Program-made: the position numbers and the translations under genes
The notes under the pieces: model-generated
Databases searched by the model: none
What the model saw: only the letters and a program-made list of their open reading frames with translations
What the model was told of the DNA's origin: nothing
Shown: piece by piece, positions 1 through 16,349 of the stretch
How the letters are laid out: every line of letters begins with the position of its first letter
Numbering within the stretch: position 1 is the first letter of the stretch
Assembly: GCF_009914755.1 (NCBI RefSeq)
Contig: NC_060925.1
Reading direction: 5' to 3' (one strand)
DNA: 64,000 nt
Source: the human T2T-CHM13v2.0 reference genome, Homo sapiens

Positions 1-256
1 CAAAGCAGAGAAGGGCCATCCCAGCTGAAGTCCCTAGACCATCCGGCCGATAACCAGCACCAACCACCAGATGTGTGTGTGAGGCTGGCTTTAGACCCTC
101 CAGGTATCCCAGCCACCAGCCAACTGCAGCCACCCGAGTGAGCCCAGGATCCCAGCCCAAATTGGCCACCCAGAGGACCGTGAGCAAATAGACACTATTG
201 TTCTAAGCCACTAAGTCTTGGGGTGGTTTGTCGCACAGCAATTCATAACTGATACA
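1..256 (+). mobile_element. MLT1-family MaLR LTR, 3' part
   Basis: Ends ttctaagccactaagtcttggggtggtttgtcgcacagcaattcataactgataca, the typical MLT1 3' terminus. Confidence 0.75.
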
Positions 257-399
257 GTTACCCACACCCTTTGCTGAGCCCCTGCTGGCCAGCGCCAGCA
301 TCCTAGGAGCGGGACTAAGCCTTCAATCTGGAAGCAACTTTCTTCCCAGGATTTGTTTCTTCACTCATCCCCACCAGTTTCCAGGGCTGACACGCCAGT

Positions 400-680
400 G
401 CCCATTGCTCTTTATTAGTTTAATATATATTGAAACCTCCAAATAGATGCTGGGGCCCAGGTGGAACAGATGAAATGTGACTAAGTTCTGGGAGATGATT
501 GATAATGAGTAGGGACTGGAAAATCAATTGTGTTAATTCCTGGTCTGTCACTGGGACCAAGAATTAATGAGAAAATCTGTCTAACTTAATGGTATTTACA
601 CATTATACAGAGTGTGATAAAATTGTCTGCAGGTGCTGCCTGGCATTTCAATTATACGAGGCCTGTACCGCCCAAGGGGC
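400..680. promoter_or_regulatory. AT-rich unique island with homeodomain motifs, candidate enhancer
   Basis: caattg, ttaatt, gaattaatg, ttaatgg and caatta cluster in a GC-rich background. Confidence 0.35.
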
Positions 681-1170
681 AGGCAGGTCTCAGCTGTCCA
701 GGACCTGGGCTGGACATTTACAGACTCGCTGGAGTCCCCCAATGACCACACCAACTTCTGAGCAGGTCGCAGGTCACAGGTCCCAGGCCCCTGCATGGAC
801 CCTGTTGGCATGGCTGGTCCTTGCTGAGTGTGGATCATCCAACTGGCAGCATCCCAGGGTTTTGCTAGAGGGCACATTTTGGGCCTGCTTTGAGGATAAC
901 CACTCCAGAAGCCATGTGGGCAGTTGGACACAAGATCAAGCCAGGAAGGGCTTGATCTTATGTGTTGGCAGAGTCCATGGCTTGAGACACAGATAGTCCT
1001 CTTTACCCCCCACCCCTTCCCCAAGAGATGGTCAGCACCAGCTCTGCCCCATATCACACCCACCACTTGGAAGGCTGCCTTGAAAAGTGTCGGGGAAACT
1101 GATGAAAGAGCCTGCTTCAGGGGCTGAGTGCGTGCTTCCCTGAAACTCTGTAGACCAGGGCTCCTCCTGC

Positions 1171-1539
1171 TGATGTGGTTTGGCTGGGTCCCCACCCAAA
1201 TCTCATCTTGAATTGTAGTTCCCATCAGCCCCACGGGAGGGACCTGGTGGGAGGTAATTGAATCATGGGAACGGTTTCCCCCATGCTATTCTCGTGATTG
1301 TGATGTAAGTTCTCATGAGATCTGATGGTTTTATAAGGGGCTTCCCCCTTCGCTCGGCTCCCATTTTTCTCCTTGCCACCATGTGAAGAAAGATGTGTTT
1401 GCTTCTCCTTCCGCCATGATTGTACGTTTTCTAAGGTCTCCCCAGCCCTGCCGAACTATGAGTCAATTAAACACCTTTCCTTTATAATTTACTCAGTCTT
1501 GGGTATTTCTTCATAGCAGCGTGAGAAGGGACTAATACA
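1171..1539 (+). mobile_element. THE1 (THE1D-like) solo LTR
   Basis: tgatgtggtttggctg...gactaataca termini; perfect 5-bp TSD cctgc at 1166-1170 and 1540-1544. Confidence 0.9.
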
Positions 1540-1564
1540 CCTGCCTAGGGCTGCCCACAGGAGG

Positions 1565-1975
1565 TGGCATGACAGCCAGCCTCCAAGATGGCCCAGCTCC
1601 TGACAATACTACTACTACTACTAATAATCCCCAGCTCCTGATACATCCTTCATGGTCTTCTCTTATATTGAATAGGGCTGGTCTGAGTATCCAATAAGAT
1701 ATCGCTTTGGCCTGGTTCTCTCTTGTATCACCCACTCTGGGGAGTGCCACCACGTGGGGAGGCCCATGTAGGGAGGACCCCAGGCCTCCTGCTAACAGCC
1801 AGCACCATGTGAGTGCCATCTTGGAGGCGGGTCCTCCAGCCCTAGTAAGACCCCTGATGACAGCGACCTCAGGAGACACCCTGAGCTCAGCTGCTCCTGG
1901 ACTCCTGACCCACAGAAACTGGAATAGGGATGGAGATGTTTATTGTTGTCTTAAGCTGCTAAGTTTGAGGGTAGC
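1565..1975 (+). mobile_element. MLT1F-like LTR with internal deletion
   Basis: cagcctccaagatggccc start; tattgttgtcttaagctgctaagtttg near the end. Confidence 0.7.
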
Positions 1976-2137
1976 TCACTAATCCAGGTGGGGAGGGAGA
2001 TGGGTGGGCAGACCCAGGGTTCGTTCACCCTGTAGTGTGGCATTCATGGAATGCCTCCATTGCTCTGCCCTTCACGTCCACTCTGATTTTTATTCCAGTG
2101 AAATCCACTTCTGTGTTTTGCCACCTCCCAAGTCCAC

Positions 2138-2252
2138 CCTGCCCTTCCCACCTCCCTGCCCCTTCCCACCTCCCTGCCCCTTCCCACCTCCCTGCCCCTC
2201 CCACCTCCCTGCCCCTTCCCACCTCCCTGCCCCTTCCCACCTCCCTGCCCCT
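2138..2252. repeat. 18-bp C-rich minisatellite (CCTCCCTGCCCCTTCCCA), about 6 units
   Basis: Period 18 read directly; the minus strand is G4-capable. Confidence 0.95.
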
Positions 2253-2259
2253 TGCTGCT

Positions 2260-2590
2260 TTCTTTGCCAGGAATGCCCTTTCTGCTCCTCCTCCTTCTCT
2301 TCTTCATTCCTAAGATGAACTCCTACTCAGCCTTCAAGACCCAGCTGAAATGCGCCCTCATCTGTGAAGGCTTTTCCAGTCTCTCTCGGGCAGTTTTTGT
2401 CACCTTCTTTGGCACCCCCGTGAAACTCTATTCCTCAATGGATAGCTGAGGAGGGTGAGCGATCATGATTGGTCCACTGAGCTCTGGCATTTAGAAATTG
2501 AATTTCATTAATTACAACTCTGCCCTTCTCTGTTCATTGGCACCCAGAGGAGGCTCCAGGTAAGGGTGTTGAATGAATGAACGAATGAGT
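2260..2590 (+). mobile_element. L2 3' fragment
   Basis: tcagccttcaagacccagctgaaatg...gttgaatgaatgaacgaatgag. Confidence 0.55.
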
Positions 2591-2839
2591 GTGCAAGCAG
2601 AATGGCCGCCTTGGGGAGAAAGGGAGGAAACTTGTGAAGCCTGCATGGCGGGAGGAGGGCAGAGCTTGGCCTGAGTGAGGGCCAGGCTGCTTCTTGGCCT
2701 GTGTCTGTGAGTTCCAGGGCTGTTCATTCTAACACCATCAAGGGTGCTCTTCTCTCCAAACGCCCCAGAGCTTTCCTGACTCAGGGGACCAGGCATACCT
2801 GGGAAGCCCTTTGTGTCGGTGTGTCCCCGTCATCCTCTG

Positions 2840-3139
2840 TTTTTTTATGTTGTCTTGTTTTGAGGCAGAGTCTTGCTCTGTTGCCCAGGCTGGAGTGCAG
2901 TGGCTTAGTCACGGCTCACTGCAGCCTTGACCTCCTGGGCACAAGCAATCCTCCCACCTCAGCCTCCTGAGTAGCTGGGACCACAGGCATGTGCCACCAC
3001 ATCCTGCTAATTTTTAATGTTTTTAGTAGAGACAGGGTCTTGTTATGTTGCTTAGGCTGGTCTTGAACTCCCGGCCTCAATTGATCCTCCCACCTCAGCC
3101 TCCCTAAGTGCTAGGATTACAGGCATGAACCATCCTGCC
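2840..3139 (-). mobile_element. AluJ-like
   Basis: Antisense Alu with J-type gcagccttgacctcctgggc. Confidence 0.9.
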
Positions 3140-4281
3140 ACCCTGTCACCCTCTTTCCCTAAACCTTGCCCTCCCTTGCCCACTGCTTTCCATGCCTGTC
3201 AGACAGCCCTCCAGAGTCCCTTCCCCTTATTCCAGACCTGGAGGGCAGATGAGCCGCAGCCAGACAAATCTGATTTCTCAAGCAGGTTTAAAGGGCTTTT
3301 CCCAGAGACCCTGAGCTCATTTCTCCTTTCTGTGTCTCCAAAGTGCCAAGGCAGCAATTTGGATCTCAAACGCCCCGATAGGGGTGCAGCCAAGTTCTTT
3401 ATTGCACACAATGAATTTGTTATGTGGGGATTCTTTGGCCTAAAGGATGGCTTAAAGTCCTGGTGTCCCACTGTGTCCCAGCGTGGCCAGTGCTGAGGGG
3501 CAGGAGAGCTGCCTTGCTTGCCTGTCTTCTGAGAGGATGGTTGTGGACACCTGAGGTCAGAGACAGATCACCTGTGGACTCCAGTCCTGCTGCTGGCTGC
3601 TCCTGTTTATTGAGAGCTTTGCAGGCCCAGAGAAACCCAGTCATTTATCTACAGTCCCACAGCAGGAAGCTGCAGGGCTGAGATTTGCTCCCAGTCCTGT
3701 CTGACCTCAAAATCCCCTGCTCTTGATCGTGAGGCCACACTCCCTCAGCCTGGTGAGCCTGTGGGCCCAGCTGCTCTAGGGGTAACGCACCACCTCCCAG
3801 CCCCTAGTTCACCCAGGGGCCTTATAAGATGCAGCAGGACTGAGCCAGAAGCCGAAGGGAATGACAGCCTGGGGCTGAGGTTCCTGGGTCCCTGACACTC
3901 ACAAACTGCTCCAGCTCTCAGAAGCCAATCAGAGACTCCGTAGTTTCCTGCTCGGCTGAATTCTCCTCTCTGGAGGCAGAGAAAGGAGGTGCTTTGCCAT
4001 CTCTGGTTGTGGGGCTTTATCTCTGGAAACTCTGCAGTGCGTGTGAAAACCTGTGGACCAAAGAACGAGGAAGAAAGATTAAAGAGGGAAAGGATTAAGA
4101 TCTACAGGGCTTCCCATGCTCTGCACAGCCGCTCTCAGAAGCTGCTCTGCGATCTCTCTATTAGATGACCGACAGCTGCCAGCTCTGGAGGTGAGAAGGG
4201 CTGAGCCCCTCACCCCAGCCAGGAGCCGCTGAGAAAGCAGCATAGTCAGGACAAAAAGACAGGAAGGGCGGGGGCGGGGGT

Positions 4282-5003
<722 letters not shown>

Positions 5004-5389
5004 CCCCCTACCATGGCTTTTTTATGAACTGGTCTCAGAAGTCTCATACCATCCTTAAGGTCACCCATTATTGTTCCCAGCTTCCCCTGCACTCTAGACA
5101 ATCACTGCTGACAGCCAGGCTGCCAGGGGTTCCTGCAGTGGCTGTGTCTGATGCCAACATGGCCAGCCCCTAAAGGTTGTGATATCTGTGTCCCCAGGAC
5201 CCCTTTTCAGATATCATGATGGGCAACATCAGTCTAGGAAGGTAGACCCTCCAAACTGTGCACCATCCCACACCCTTCACCCACCTCCACCCTCTCCTTG
5301 TTGCCCCGCTTATAGCCACATCTTCCATCTCCAAAGAAGATGCTCTCAGCAGTGACTGGAGCATGGGGAGGCTGGAAACAGTAGGGGTC

Positions 5390-5610
5390 CACTTTTATGG
5401 AGTGCTTGCTATGTGTGAAGTTGGTACTGAGCACGGCAAAAGTACTAACTCCTTACAGCCTCTCTGCAGGATAGGTGCCTCCCATTTTATAGATGGGGAA
5501 ACTGAGGCACAGGGAGGGTAAGTGGCTTGCTGAAGACACACAGCTCTCAAGTGGCAGAGCTAGGAACTGAACCCTAGTACTCTGCCTCCAGAGCCCATGC
5601 TGTTAACCTT
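5390..5610 (-). mobile_element. MIR
   Basis: cccattttatagatggggaaactgaggcacag core. Confidence 0.8.
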
Positions 5611-5849
5611 ATATTTATAGCATTTGTGACATTAGGCAACATTTCCTTTCCGCAAGAGAGCCGCATTCATCAGGCAGGGATTGGAGTTCAGGGTACAGCA
5701 AGAAAGACACAGGTTAGATACCTGGAGGGCTTTCCAGGCCACAGGTCATGAGGCCTCAGTGCAACTTTGTCCCCTGAGGATGTTCAGAAAATGAGGTCTT
5801 CCCAGGCTGCGTTGAGCACAGCCAAAGGCTAAGGGGCGGTGGTCATTGT

Positions 5850-6305
<456 letters not shown>

Positions 6306-6459
6306 TGGTCTTTTCTGGAAGTGTCTGCTGGCCCCAAGGCCTTTGGCCAGCCTGGACTCCCTTCCTCCCTGCCTCCCTGAACGTGGATGGGGCTGCTGGC
6401 AGGGGCAGGACGAGCACACAGAGGGAGGAAGAAGGCGCAGCACAGACTTTCCTCTTCAG

Positions 6460-6920
6460 AAGGGAGGTATTAAAACGATCCACTTTTGAGGCTCACTGTC
6501 TGCTTCAAAGACCCACGGCAGCTCTGCGGAGGACGAGCCGTAGCAACCGTGTGAGAGGGTTTATCAATAGTACCTGGAGCTCAGTAACTCATAAACCTTT
6601 CATTAGGTTTACATCGATGATGGCCCAAGTCCTAGGAAGTAGATTTAGGCTGGAAGACGGATGTCTCCATAAATCATCATCTCAGCAAATTAGGGAGTTG
6701 GAGGGAGCCTTTTTATCGGATTTCCCAGCAGCTCACTTGGGAAGCTCTGCTTCTTTGCTCCCATTCTGAGCTGATGCCAGATTCTGAGCCTCACGTGCTT
6801 GGATGGAAAATGCAGTCAGCGGCTCAGAGAAGGGCCTGCCCAGGACTAGGAGGAAGAGAGCACTACGCTGCTCTCCCTGTTCTTGGGTTCCTCCAGGCCC
6901 GGCTGCTGATTTTATGGCCT
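6460..6920. promoter_or_regulatory. Candidate enhancer with two PBX-HOX composite sites
   Basis: CCATAAATCAT at 6667 and TGATTTATGGCC at 6907; unique sequence retaining CpGs. Confidence 0.5.
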
Positions 6921-6993
6921 TATCTGCCCATCTTGTTATCTACAGAGGGAGCAGCTTTCTAGAAGGCATTTCTTCGAGAGAAAGAAATGGAGA

Positions 6994-7013
6994 CAGCAGC
7001 AGCAGCAGCAGCA
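6994..7013 (+). repeat. (CAG)6 microsatellite
   Basis: Read directly. Confidence 0.85.
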
Positions 7014-7043
7014 CAGGCAGAGCAGTTTTAAGATCTCTCACCA

Positions 7044-7468
<425 letters not shown>

Positions 7469-7479
7469 TCAGCTGTTAT

Positions 7480-7620
7480 TTTGAATCTTTCTTATCTGCC
7501 ACATGCTTTATTAAGGATTTATCTTTACGTTATTATTATCATCACCCTCTCATTTTACAGATAAGAAAGCTGAGGTCTGAGAGGTTAAGTGATGTGTCTC
7601 TGAGATCAGCCCAGGAGCAG
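7480..7620 (-). mobile_element. MIR
   Basis: cattttacagataagaaagctgaggtctgagaggttaagtg. Confidence 0.7.
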
Positions 7621-7796
7621 CCTCTTATTGACTTGACCTTCCTACCCTGCCTTCCCCTCTGAGTCTGTTTCTTCCCATCTCTGAAATAGAGAATCAACTT
7701 CAGTGCTCCCCATTCCTCAGAAATGAAGCTGGAGAGGAGTCAGCCGGGAAGCACTAAGCCTAGAGCTCCTGGGGAAGAAGACGCACCTGCTCGAAG

Positions 7797-7897
7797 GGCA
7801 GGGAAGGCTGTTCATTTCAGGACGACGTCCACAGCTTCTATTTCACGGAGCCATCTCAGAGGCAGGGAAGGCTGTCCATTTCAGGACGATGTCCACA
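7797..7897. repeat. 37-bp direct repeat pair with a 27-bp spacer
   Basis: 7797-7833 vs 7861-7897, 35/37 identical. Confidence 0.9.
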
Positions 7898-8714
7898 TCG
7901 ATGGCCTTGGCAGATGTTGCTTATTCCCATTTTACAGATGAGGAAATTGATCCCTTGCCTCTGCCTCCCCGAGTTTCAGTCCCACAGCTAGTAAATGGTC
8001 CAGGCTGGCTGGAACCAGGTCCTGACTAGTGCTGTGGTGTCAGAGGCCAGTGGGCAGTTCAGCTAGTGCCGCCAGGCTCTCCGAAGGCCATGTCTCCAGA
8101 CAGGATGTCAGGGCATGGGTCCCTGCTGCTCCCTTCCCCCTGGACAGGGGTCCTCTCAGGTGGCTCCCCTCTGCTTTGCTCTGCAGCCCCAGCCTCAGGT
8201 GCTCCTACGCCAGCTCCTCCTGCCCACCCTTTCTGTTCCCCAGGGCTGCCCTAAATGCTCAGACAGACTAATTACAAGCACGGGCAGAGAACTGGGCTGC
8301 TGATTTGGCAGGTGGGGCTTTAGGACTCCGTGATGCTCACCAGCGGCCGGCAGGCTCCCTGACACATCAGAGACTTTTCCATTTCCTTTCCTCTCTCCTT
8401 CTCTTGCCCCTGGAGGATGAGCCAGCCTGCCAGCAAGTGAGCGAGTGAGCCAGAGGTGGGCTGCTGAAGTCTGTGCAGCATGCTGGCTGTGGAATGAGAG
8501 GGCTCTGAGCAAGCCATGTCCCAGGAGAACTTTTACTCAGGAATAATGTGCATGAGGATTTATTTCCTCATTGCTGGGCTTCCAGCTGAAGTACAGGCAT
8601 GTCTCTGCTTGGCTCCGGCAGGGGAACTCGGCTCAAAGGTTTCAACAAAGCAGCCAAAGATTCCGATTCAATGAACACTGAGCACATTCTGTATGGGAGG
8701 CTCCATGCCGATAG

Positions 8715-9056
<342 letters not shown>

Positions 9057-9067
9057 CCCCCATTAAG

Positions 9068-9373
9068 CTTTATTTATTTATTTATTTATTCGAGATGGAG
9101 TCTTGCTCTGTTGCCCAGGCTGGAGTGCTGTGGCACAATCTTGGCTCGCCGCAACCTCTGCCTCCCGGGTTTAAGTGATTCTCCTGCCTCAGCCTTCTGA
9201 GTAGCTGGGATTACAGGCACCCTCCACCACGCCCAGCTAATTTTTATATTTTTAGTAGAGATGGGGTTTCACCATGTTGGCCAGGCTGGTCTCGAACTCC
9301 TGACCTCAAGTGATCCAACTGCCTCGGCCTCCCAAAGTGTTGGGATTACAGGCATCAGCCACCACGCCTGGCC
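9068..9373 (-). mobile_element. AluS-like
   Basis: Antisense Alu with (TTTA)n tail. Confidence 0.95.
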
Positions 9374-9379
9374 CCCATT

Positions 9380-9705
9380 TAGCTTTCATAACAACCTTCT
9401 GAGTTCAGAATTCTTATTCCCATTTTACAGATAAGGAAAGTGATTTCTTCAAGAGTCCACAGTTAGTAATAACACTCCAAGTGGGTATTTACTTACTACA
9501 TTAACTTGCCACGTGCCAGGTACTACTCAATATTATACATATTAACTCATTTAATTCCCTCAACAACCAATGAAGTCAATACTGCTATTACCCTCATTTT
9601 GCAGGTGAGGAAACAGGCCCACTGGGATTAAGTAAATGCCCCAGGTTATAGGGGCCGTAGATGGTGGATCTGGGATTCCATTCCAGGCCAGCAGGCTCCA
9701 GGGAC
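9380..9705 (-). mobile_element. Two MIR fragments
   Basis: cccattttacagataaggaaa and ctcattttgcaggtgaggaaac cores. Confidence 0.7.
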
Positions 9706-9914
9706 TATGTGGCAGGACTAGAAATAAGGTCCTGTTCTTTGGATTCGAGCCCAGTTCCTGTAAACCATAACGTTACTGTTGGTTCGTCATGCCCATGAAA
9801 GGGATGGGTTTGGAGGGACCTCAGAGTCTCAGGAACTGTAAGGTCGAGACTTGGTTGTGTGCCTTGATCAGGACACGTCATCAGTGGGAAGCTATAGAAA
9901 CCCAACGTTAGTAG

Positions 9915-10265
<351 letters not shown>

Positions 10266-10716
10266 TGGATATAGGGACTGAATGATACTCTGAGGACTCC
10301 ATCTGTCTGTCTCTCTCTCTCAGCCTCATACACCCACAGTTCTGTCTTCATGGAAGGGAAGGTGGGGTCCATGTATGTTGGTAGTCTGGGCACTGCTCAA
10401 AGGCCCCAGCAAAGGGCCAGGTGGGAGCTGAAATACATTCAATGCTCTGCTTACAAAGCTCTGTGTCCTGGTATAAGGCAGCATTGCCCCAGAGAGACAT
10501 TTTTCCTAATTCATCTGCCTGGGGGAGTCACCTATTGCTAATACACATAAGATGCCGTGTAAGCTAGTGGTAACCCTGACACCTTCTCCTGGCCACCAAG
10601 ACCAGCCCCACACCAGCACCCTCATCCCTCACTCGGCAACTCCATCAGACTCACCTGCTCAATCAGCACGTATTTATGGAGCCCCTACCTACTGAGTACT
10701 GCTGGCAAAACTCCCT

Positions 10717-10915
10717 GCCCTCCTGCAACTTACGTTCTACTGAAGGATGGGATTGACTTTGCTTGGGTCACATGTGCACATTTAGACCAATCACTGTTAC
10801 CAAAGGAACGAGAGCCCGCCCTCCTGCAACTTACATCCTACGGAAGGATGGGATTGGCTTTGCTTCGGTCACATGTACACACTTAGCCCAATCACTGTTA
10901 CCAAAGGAACGACAG
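10717..10915. repeat. 101-bp tandem duplication
   Basis: gccctcctgcaacttac at 10717 and 10818; both units end ccaatcactgttaccaaaggaacga. Confidence 0.92.
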
Positions 10916-11988
10916 CACGCTGTGGTTGATCCCGCTGAGCCAGATGCCCTCCCTTTTGGAGAGACACGGCACTTGCTTGACAGCCTCACCAGGACTACAC
11001 AAATGGGGGTGGTTTCTCAGGAAATAGGAGGGCTGGGCCGCAGAAATAGCTGACATCCACCCAACTTTGGGGTTCTGGGACAATCATAGTCCTTCCTTTC
11101 CTTATTTCTTTATTCCTCCCTAATGACTTTCCCACCGGCATTAGGAGGACCCTGGGCCCTGATACTCTGAGAACTGGGGGGTTGGGGGAGACAGGGTTTC
11201 CCAGAAGGGCTCAGCCATTGGCTTATCACAGGTGAAAATTCCCCATAGTCCTCGGAGAGAAGGGGCAGGGGTCAGGGCTGTTTACCCAGCAATGTGATTG
11301 TGATGTGACTCTCAGTTTTGGGAAGAGGAAAAATGAGGGGGATGGGGGTGCATCGGTGGGGAATCCAACTCAGAGAGCAGGGACTGAGTGGGGGCTCTGG
11401 TCCCATTGTTGATGGGTTGGTGGGGAGGGCTGGTTGGGTACCCAAAGCATTGAAAAGCATTTGTTATATGCCAGGAGCTTCACCCACTTCATCTCATTTA
11501 GGCCCCACACCTGCCAGGTAGGTGTCATTATCCCATTTTATTGGTGAAGAAACTGAGGCTCAAAGTGTTGAAGAAACAGAAAGATGCTGACTCACCTGTG
11601 CTAGTCCCAAAGGCTCTGCATGGAGTCCACGGTGCCCTGAGCCACAGAGGCATGCCCCAAGCAGAGTGCCTGCCCCATGCCACCTCTCACACGCCCAGCA
11701 AGGGGCCTCACAGGGACCGTTTCCACCTCCTGATCCCTGGCCCACTCGCCCCTAGAGACCCAGCAAGCCCTCCTACAGCCTCACCTGTACCAGGTCCCCT
11801 GCTTCCACTCCCTGTGGAAGCACTCCACTCCCACTCCGGCGGCCTGTTCCAGTTTCCGGAGCACTTGCATGCATTCTTACCGTCAAAGAGTGAATCCCAC
11901 CCACTCCCTGAGGCCACTTCATCATCCCGGACACCTGCCTGCCCACCGCGGGCACAAGGTCAACCTTGAGCAGACCCTCGGGGCCTGT

Positions 11989-12007
11989 CTGCCACTAGAG
12001 GGAGCTC
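11989..12007 (+). promoter_or_regulatory. CTCF motif
   Basis: CTGCCACTAGAGGGAGCTC matches the core CCASYAGRKGGCRS with one commonly tolerated change. Confidence 0.55.
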
Positions 12008-12548
12008 CCAGTGCGGCCATATATGCCTTCTGGGATGCCGAGGGGCTGGGGCCCAGGCAGAGGGACCCGTCCTGGGGATGCCCTACCAAGGGGCGTTCAG
12101 AGGCAGAGCTCTTGTGACAGGTTGATCTTCCCCTCCACTCCCCAAAGACCCAGGAGGCTCTGGTTTGTGAGATCAGCATCTTCATTATTAAAGCACAGGT
12201 GCCAGGAGATTCAAGGTGCCTGGAAGAGGACCTTTGGCATCCAGGGGCATGGGCTCCGGATCCACCTTCCCTCCTCTGCCCATGCCTGCAGCTCACAGCC
12301 CACTGGAAGTCAGAGGAGAGCAGGTGCCACTCACAGCAGGCCGGCAGCTGGCTTCCTGCTCCTTATTTATTGATTTACTGACTCACTAATTCAACAAATC
12401 TTTATTGAGCACCTTCTATATGCCAAGCACTGGGCTCAGCCTTGGGACTACCATGGTGAGCCCATAGCCCCTGTCCTCATGTAGCGTTCAGTCTTGTGGA
12501 GGTAGAGATGCATAAACCAGCTGTAATATTGTGTACTAAATTCTACAT

Positions 12549-13215
<667 letters not shown>

Positions 13216-13739
13216 TCAGTAAATTCTACAACAGGTATAAGCCTGGGAGACTCCAGGTGCAAAAGAGGATGTAGTTAACCTCTACCTGGGGGGACTGGAA
13301 GGCTTTCTGGGGGGATGGCATCTAACCTGAGACCTGAGGAGTTAGCCAGGCAACGTGAAGCATTCCAGGCAGAGTGATCAGTTTGTACAAATGCCTGGAG
13401 GTGAGAGAGCATTAGCCTCTCTCTCTCTCTCTCTCTCTTCACTTTTCCAGCACTCCTGTGACTGTGCACTCTTCTGGATGCTGGACTGACTGTGTCACCA
13501 AACAAGACAGGCAAGCTCCCTGCTTCGTGGTGCTCACATGCTAGGGAATGTGGCCATTCAGGTGACCCAAAGACGTATTGAAGCTGGAGGGAGACATGTG
13601 GAAGGGACGGTGGCCCCTGCCCTGCCCAGAGCACCCAGGCCCCATCCTCCATCCTTCTGCTGAGCCTGGCAGCTAGCCCCAAGCCCTCCTGCACCAGCCA
13701 GCTGTGGGGAGATCACCCAGGCCATGGCAGGAGCCTGTG

Positions 13740-13855
13740 CCAATGTTTTAATAGCCAGGCTGAAGGCCTGCTGGGCAGCTCTGCTAATTACAGTGATTAA
13801 TGTTTTTAAATTCCTTAGAAAGAGTAATGTGTCATCACTCTGTTGTCACAGCCCA
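13740..13855. promoter_or_regulatory. AT-rich homeodomain-motif island, candidate enhancer
   Basis: ctaattacagtgattaatg, gtaatgtgtca and tgtcac in unique sequence. Confidence 0.4.
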
Positions 13856-14196
13856 GCTCCAGAGTCTGCTTCCTCCCCTCTCCCCGCAGAGGTGTCCCCC
13901 AAGCTCCTGCGGGCTCCCCACTGTGGCCCAGCCGCCCTTGAGCCCAGACACCTGGCCCTCCCATTCCCATGCCTGTCTGGAGCCTGACTACTGTCTCTGC
14001 CCCGGTGGTGCAGGAAGGAGCTCTCTTATCCATCCCCACTGCTAGAGAACTGTGCAGCCGCAGTGGTCAGGGAAGGTGGACCCCCTCATCCCCCAAGTCA
14101 CTTCTGCACGGGGCAGAGAGAGCCCCTGATCTCTAGCTCCCCTGATCCCTCCCCGCAGCCCCACTTCGTCCCCATGTGGCACACACCTCTAGCTGA

Positions 14197-14520
<324 letters not shown>

Positions 14521-14826
14521 TAGCTGAAGTCATTTTATGTGGCTTCCTGTTTCACGGCCACCTTCCGGCTCTGGAGTGGGACAGGGACCTTTCCAGGTGC
14601 TCTGTTTGTTGAATGGAGGAATGAATGAAAGGGTCAAATCCCCACTCTGTGTGCCTCCATCCTTATAACAGGATAAGTTTGGATCTGGTGCTTTTCTCCT
14701 CCAAATCTCATGTGTCTCCCTTGCTAGCTCCCCTCCCAGGTAATGTCTATAGGGGACAGGTGGCCCAGTGTCTTCCTCCTACAACCAGAGAAATGTAAGA
14801 CCACACCGCACAGAGTTGAGGCCTGA

Positions 14827-15229
<403 letters not shown>

Positions 15230-15924
15230 TAGCTTCAAGCCTCCAACTTGAGCTTCCTTTGACTGCTGTCATTTTCCTGGTGTCCCCAGGGAAGGCAGAA
15301 CTTCCTCATGCCTGGCAGTCTTCTCCTGAGGTCTAACCTCACTCTCCCTTTGCACCCACTCTGATCTCCATCAGTGGAATTGGGTGGGGAGCCTGAGGGA
15401 GAGGGGTCTCTTCTCAGGGGCAATCTAAGAACTTTGTTCCACCTGCCAGGCCCAGCCTGGGCCATCTCCAGGCCCTCTGGTCCCTCCTGGCACTGGGACT
15501 GCCTCATTGCCTAGGAAGGTGTGTTTGTTTTGCTTGCTTATTCACTGCCACGCTTGCCCCAGTAGGCAGCCAGCTGGCAGGAAGCCCCTGGGAGCCCTTC
15601 TCTCACCTGTGCCTGGCACAGCTGGGGCTGGGTCAGGGCAGGGTTAGGTGGGGTAGGCTGTGTCTTCACTTACTCTCCCTGAGGGGGTAAGAGATGTCAC
15701 CTGCCAGTCCTTCAGCCCAATTAGGACAGGACAAGGACAATGCAGAGAGAGGGATTGCAGCCACACTGAAAACCAAAACACACCTCGGAAGGGATGCAAG
15801 TTAGAGAACCTGAATGCCACCCTAGGAACCACAGCCCCCGCCTTGCCATTAGATGTCTGTGACTGAGGCTGGTCGCATCTTGCTCGGCCTCAGTTCCTCC
15901 GCCTGTAATGTGAGAAGGGAAAAA

Positions 15925-16245
15925 CAGGAGGATCCCTTGAGCCCAGGAGTTCAAGGTTGCAGTGAGCTGTGATCACATCACTATACTACAGCCTGGGTGA
16001 CAGAGTGAGACCCTGTCTCAAAAACAAACAAACAAAACAAAAAACCTAAATAAATTCTACAACAGGTATAAGCCTGGGAGACTCCAGGTGCAAGAAAAGG
16101 ATGTACTTAACCTCTACCTGGGGGGACAGGAAGGCTTCCTGGGGGGTGGCAGCTAACCTGGGACCTGAAGGATCTGAGGAATTAGCCAGGCAAAGTGAAA
16201 AGTGTTGCAGGCAGAGCGATCAATTTGTACAAATGCCTGGAGGTG
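15925..16245 (+). repeat. Dispersed copy of the AluJ 3' end plus L2 flank (source 12768-12876 and 13211-13403)
   Basis: 43-bp exact match between 16051 and 13220; collinear to tttgtacaaatgcctggaggtg. Confidence 0.92.
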
Positions 16246-16349
16246 TTTGATGAGCTGAAAACTAAGGTCTCTTCTAGTTCTGGGATTCAACACAGGCAGT
16301 TCCTGCCCCAAGACACAGCTGAGAATGGAGCAGGGTAGATCTTTGACCC

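Noticed and set aside
1592-1641. 12-bp direct repeats flanking (TAC)n, resembling a TSD
   Set aside because: Most simply a slippage duplication with microsatellite growth inside the LTR
7797-7897. CRISPR-like repeat-spacer-repeat dimensions
   Set aside because: Only two copies, mammalian context, no cas genes
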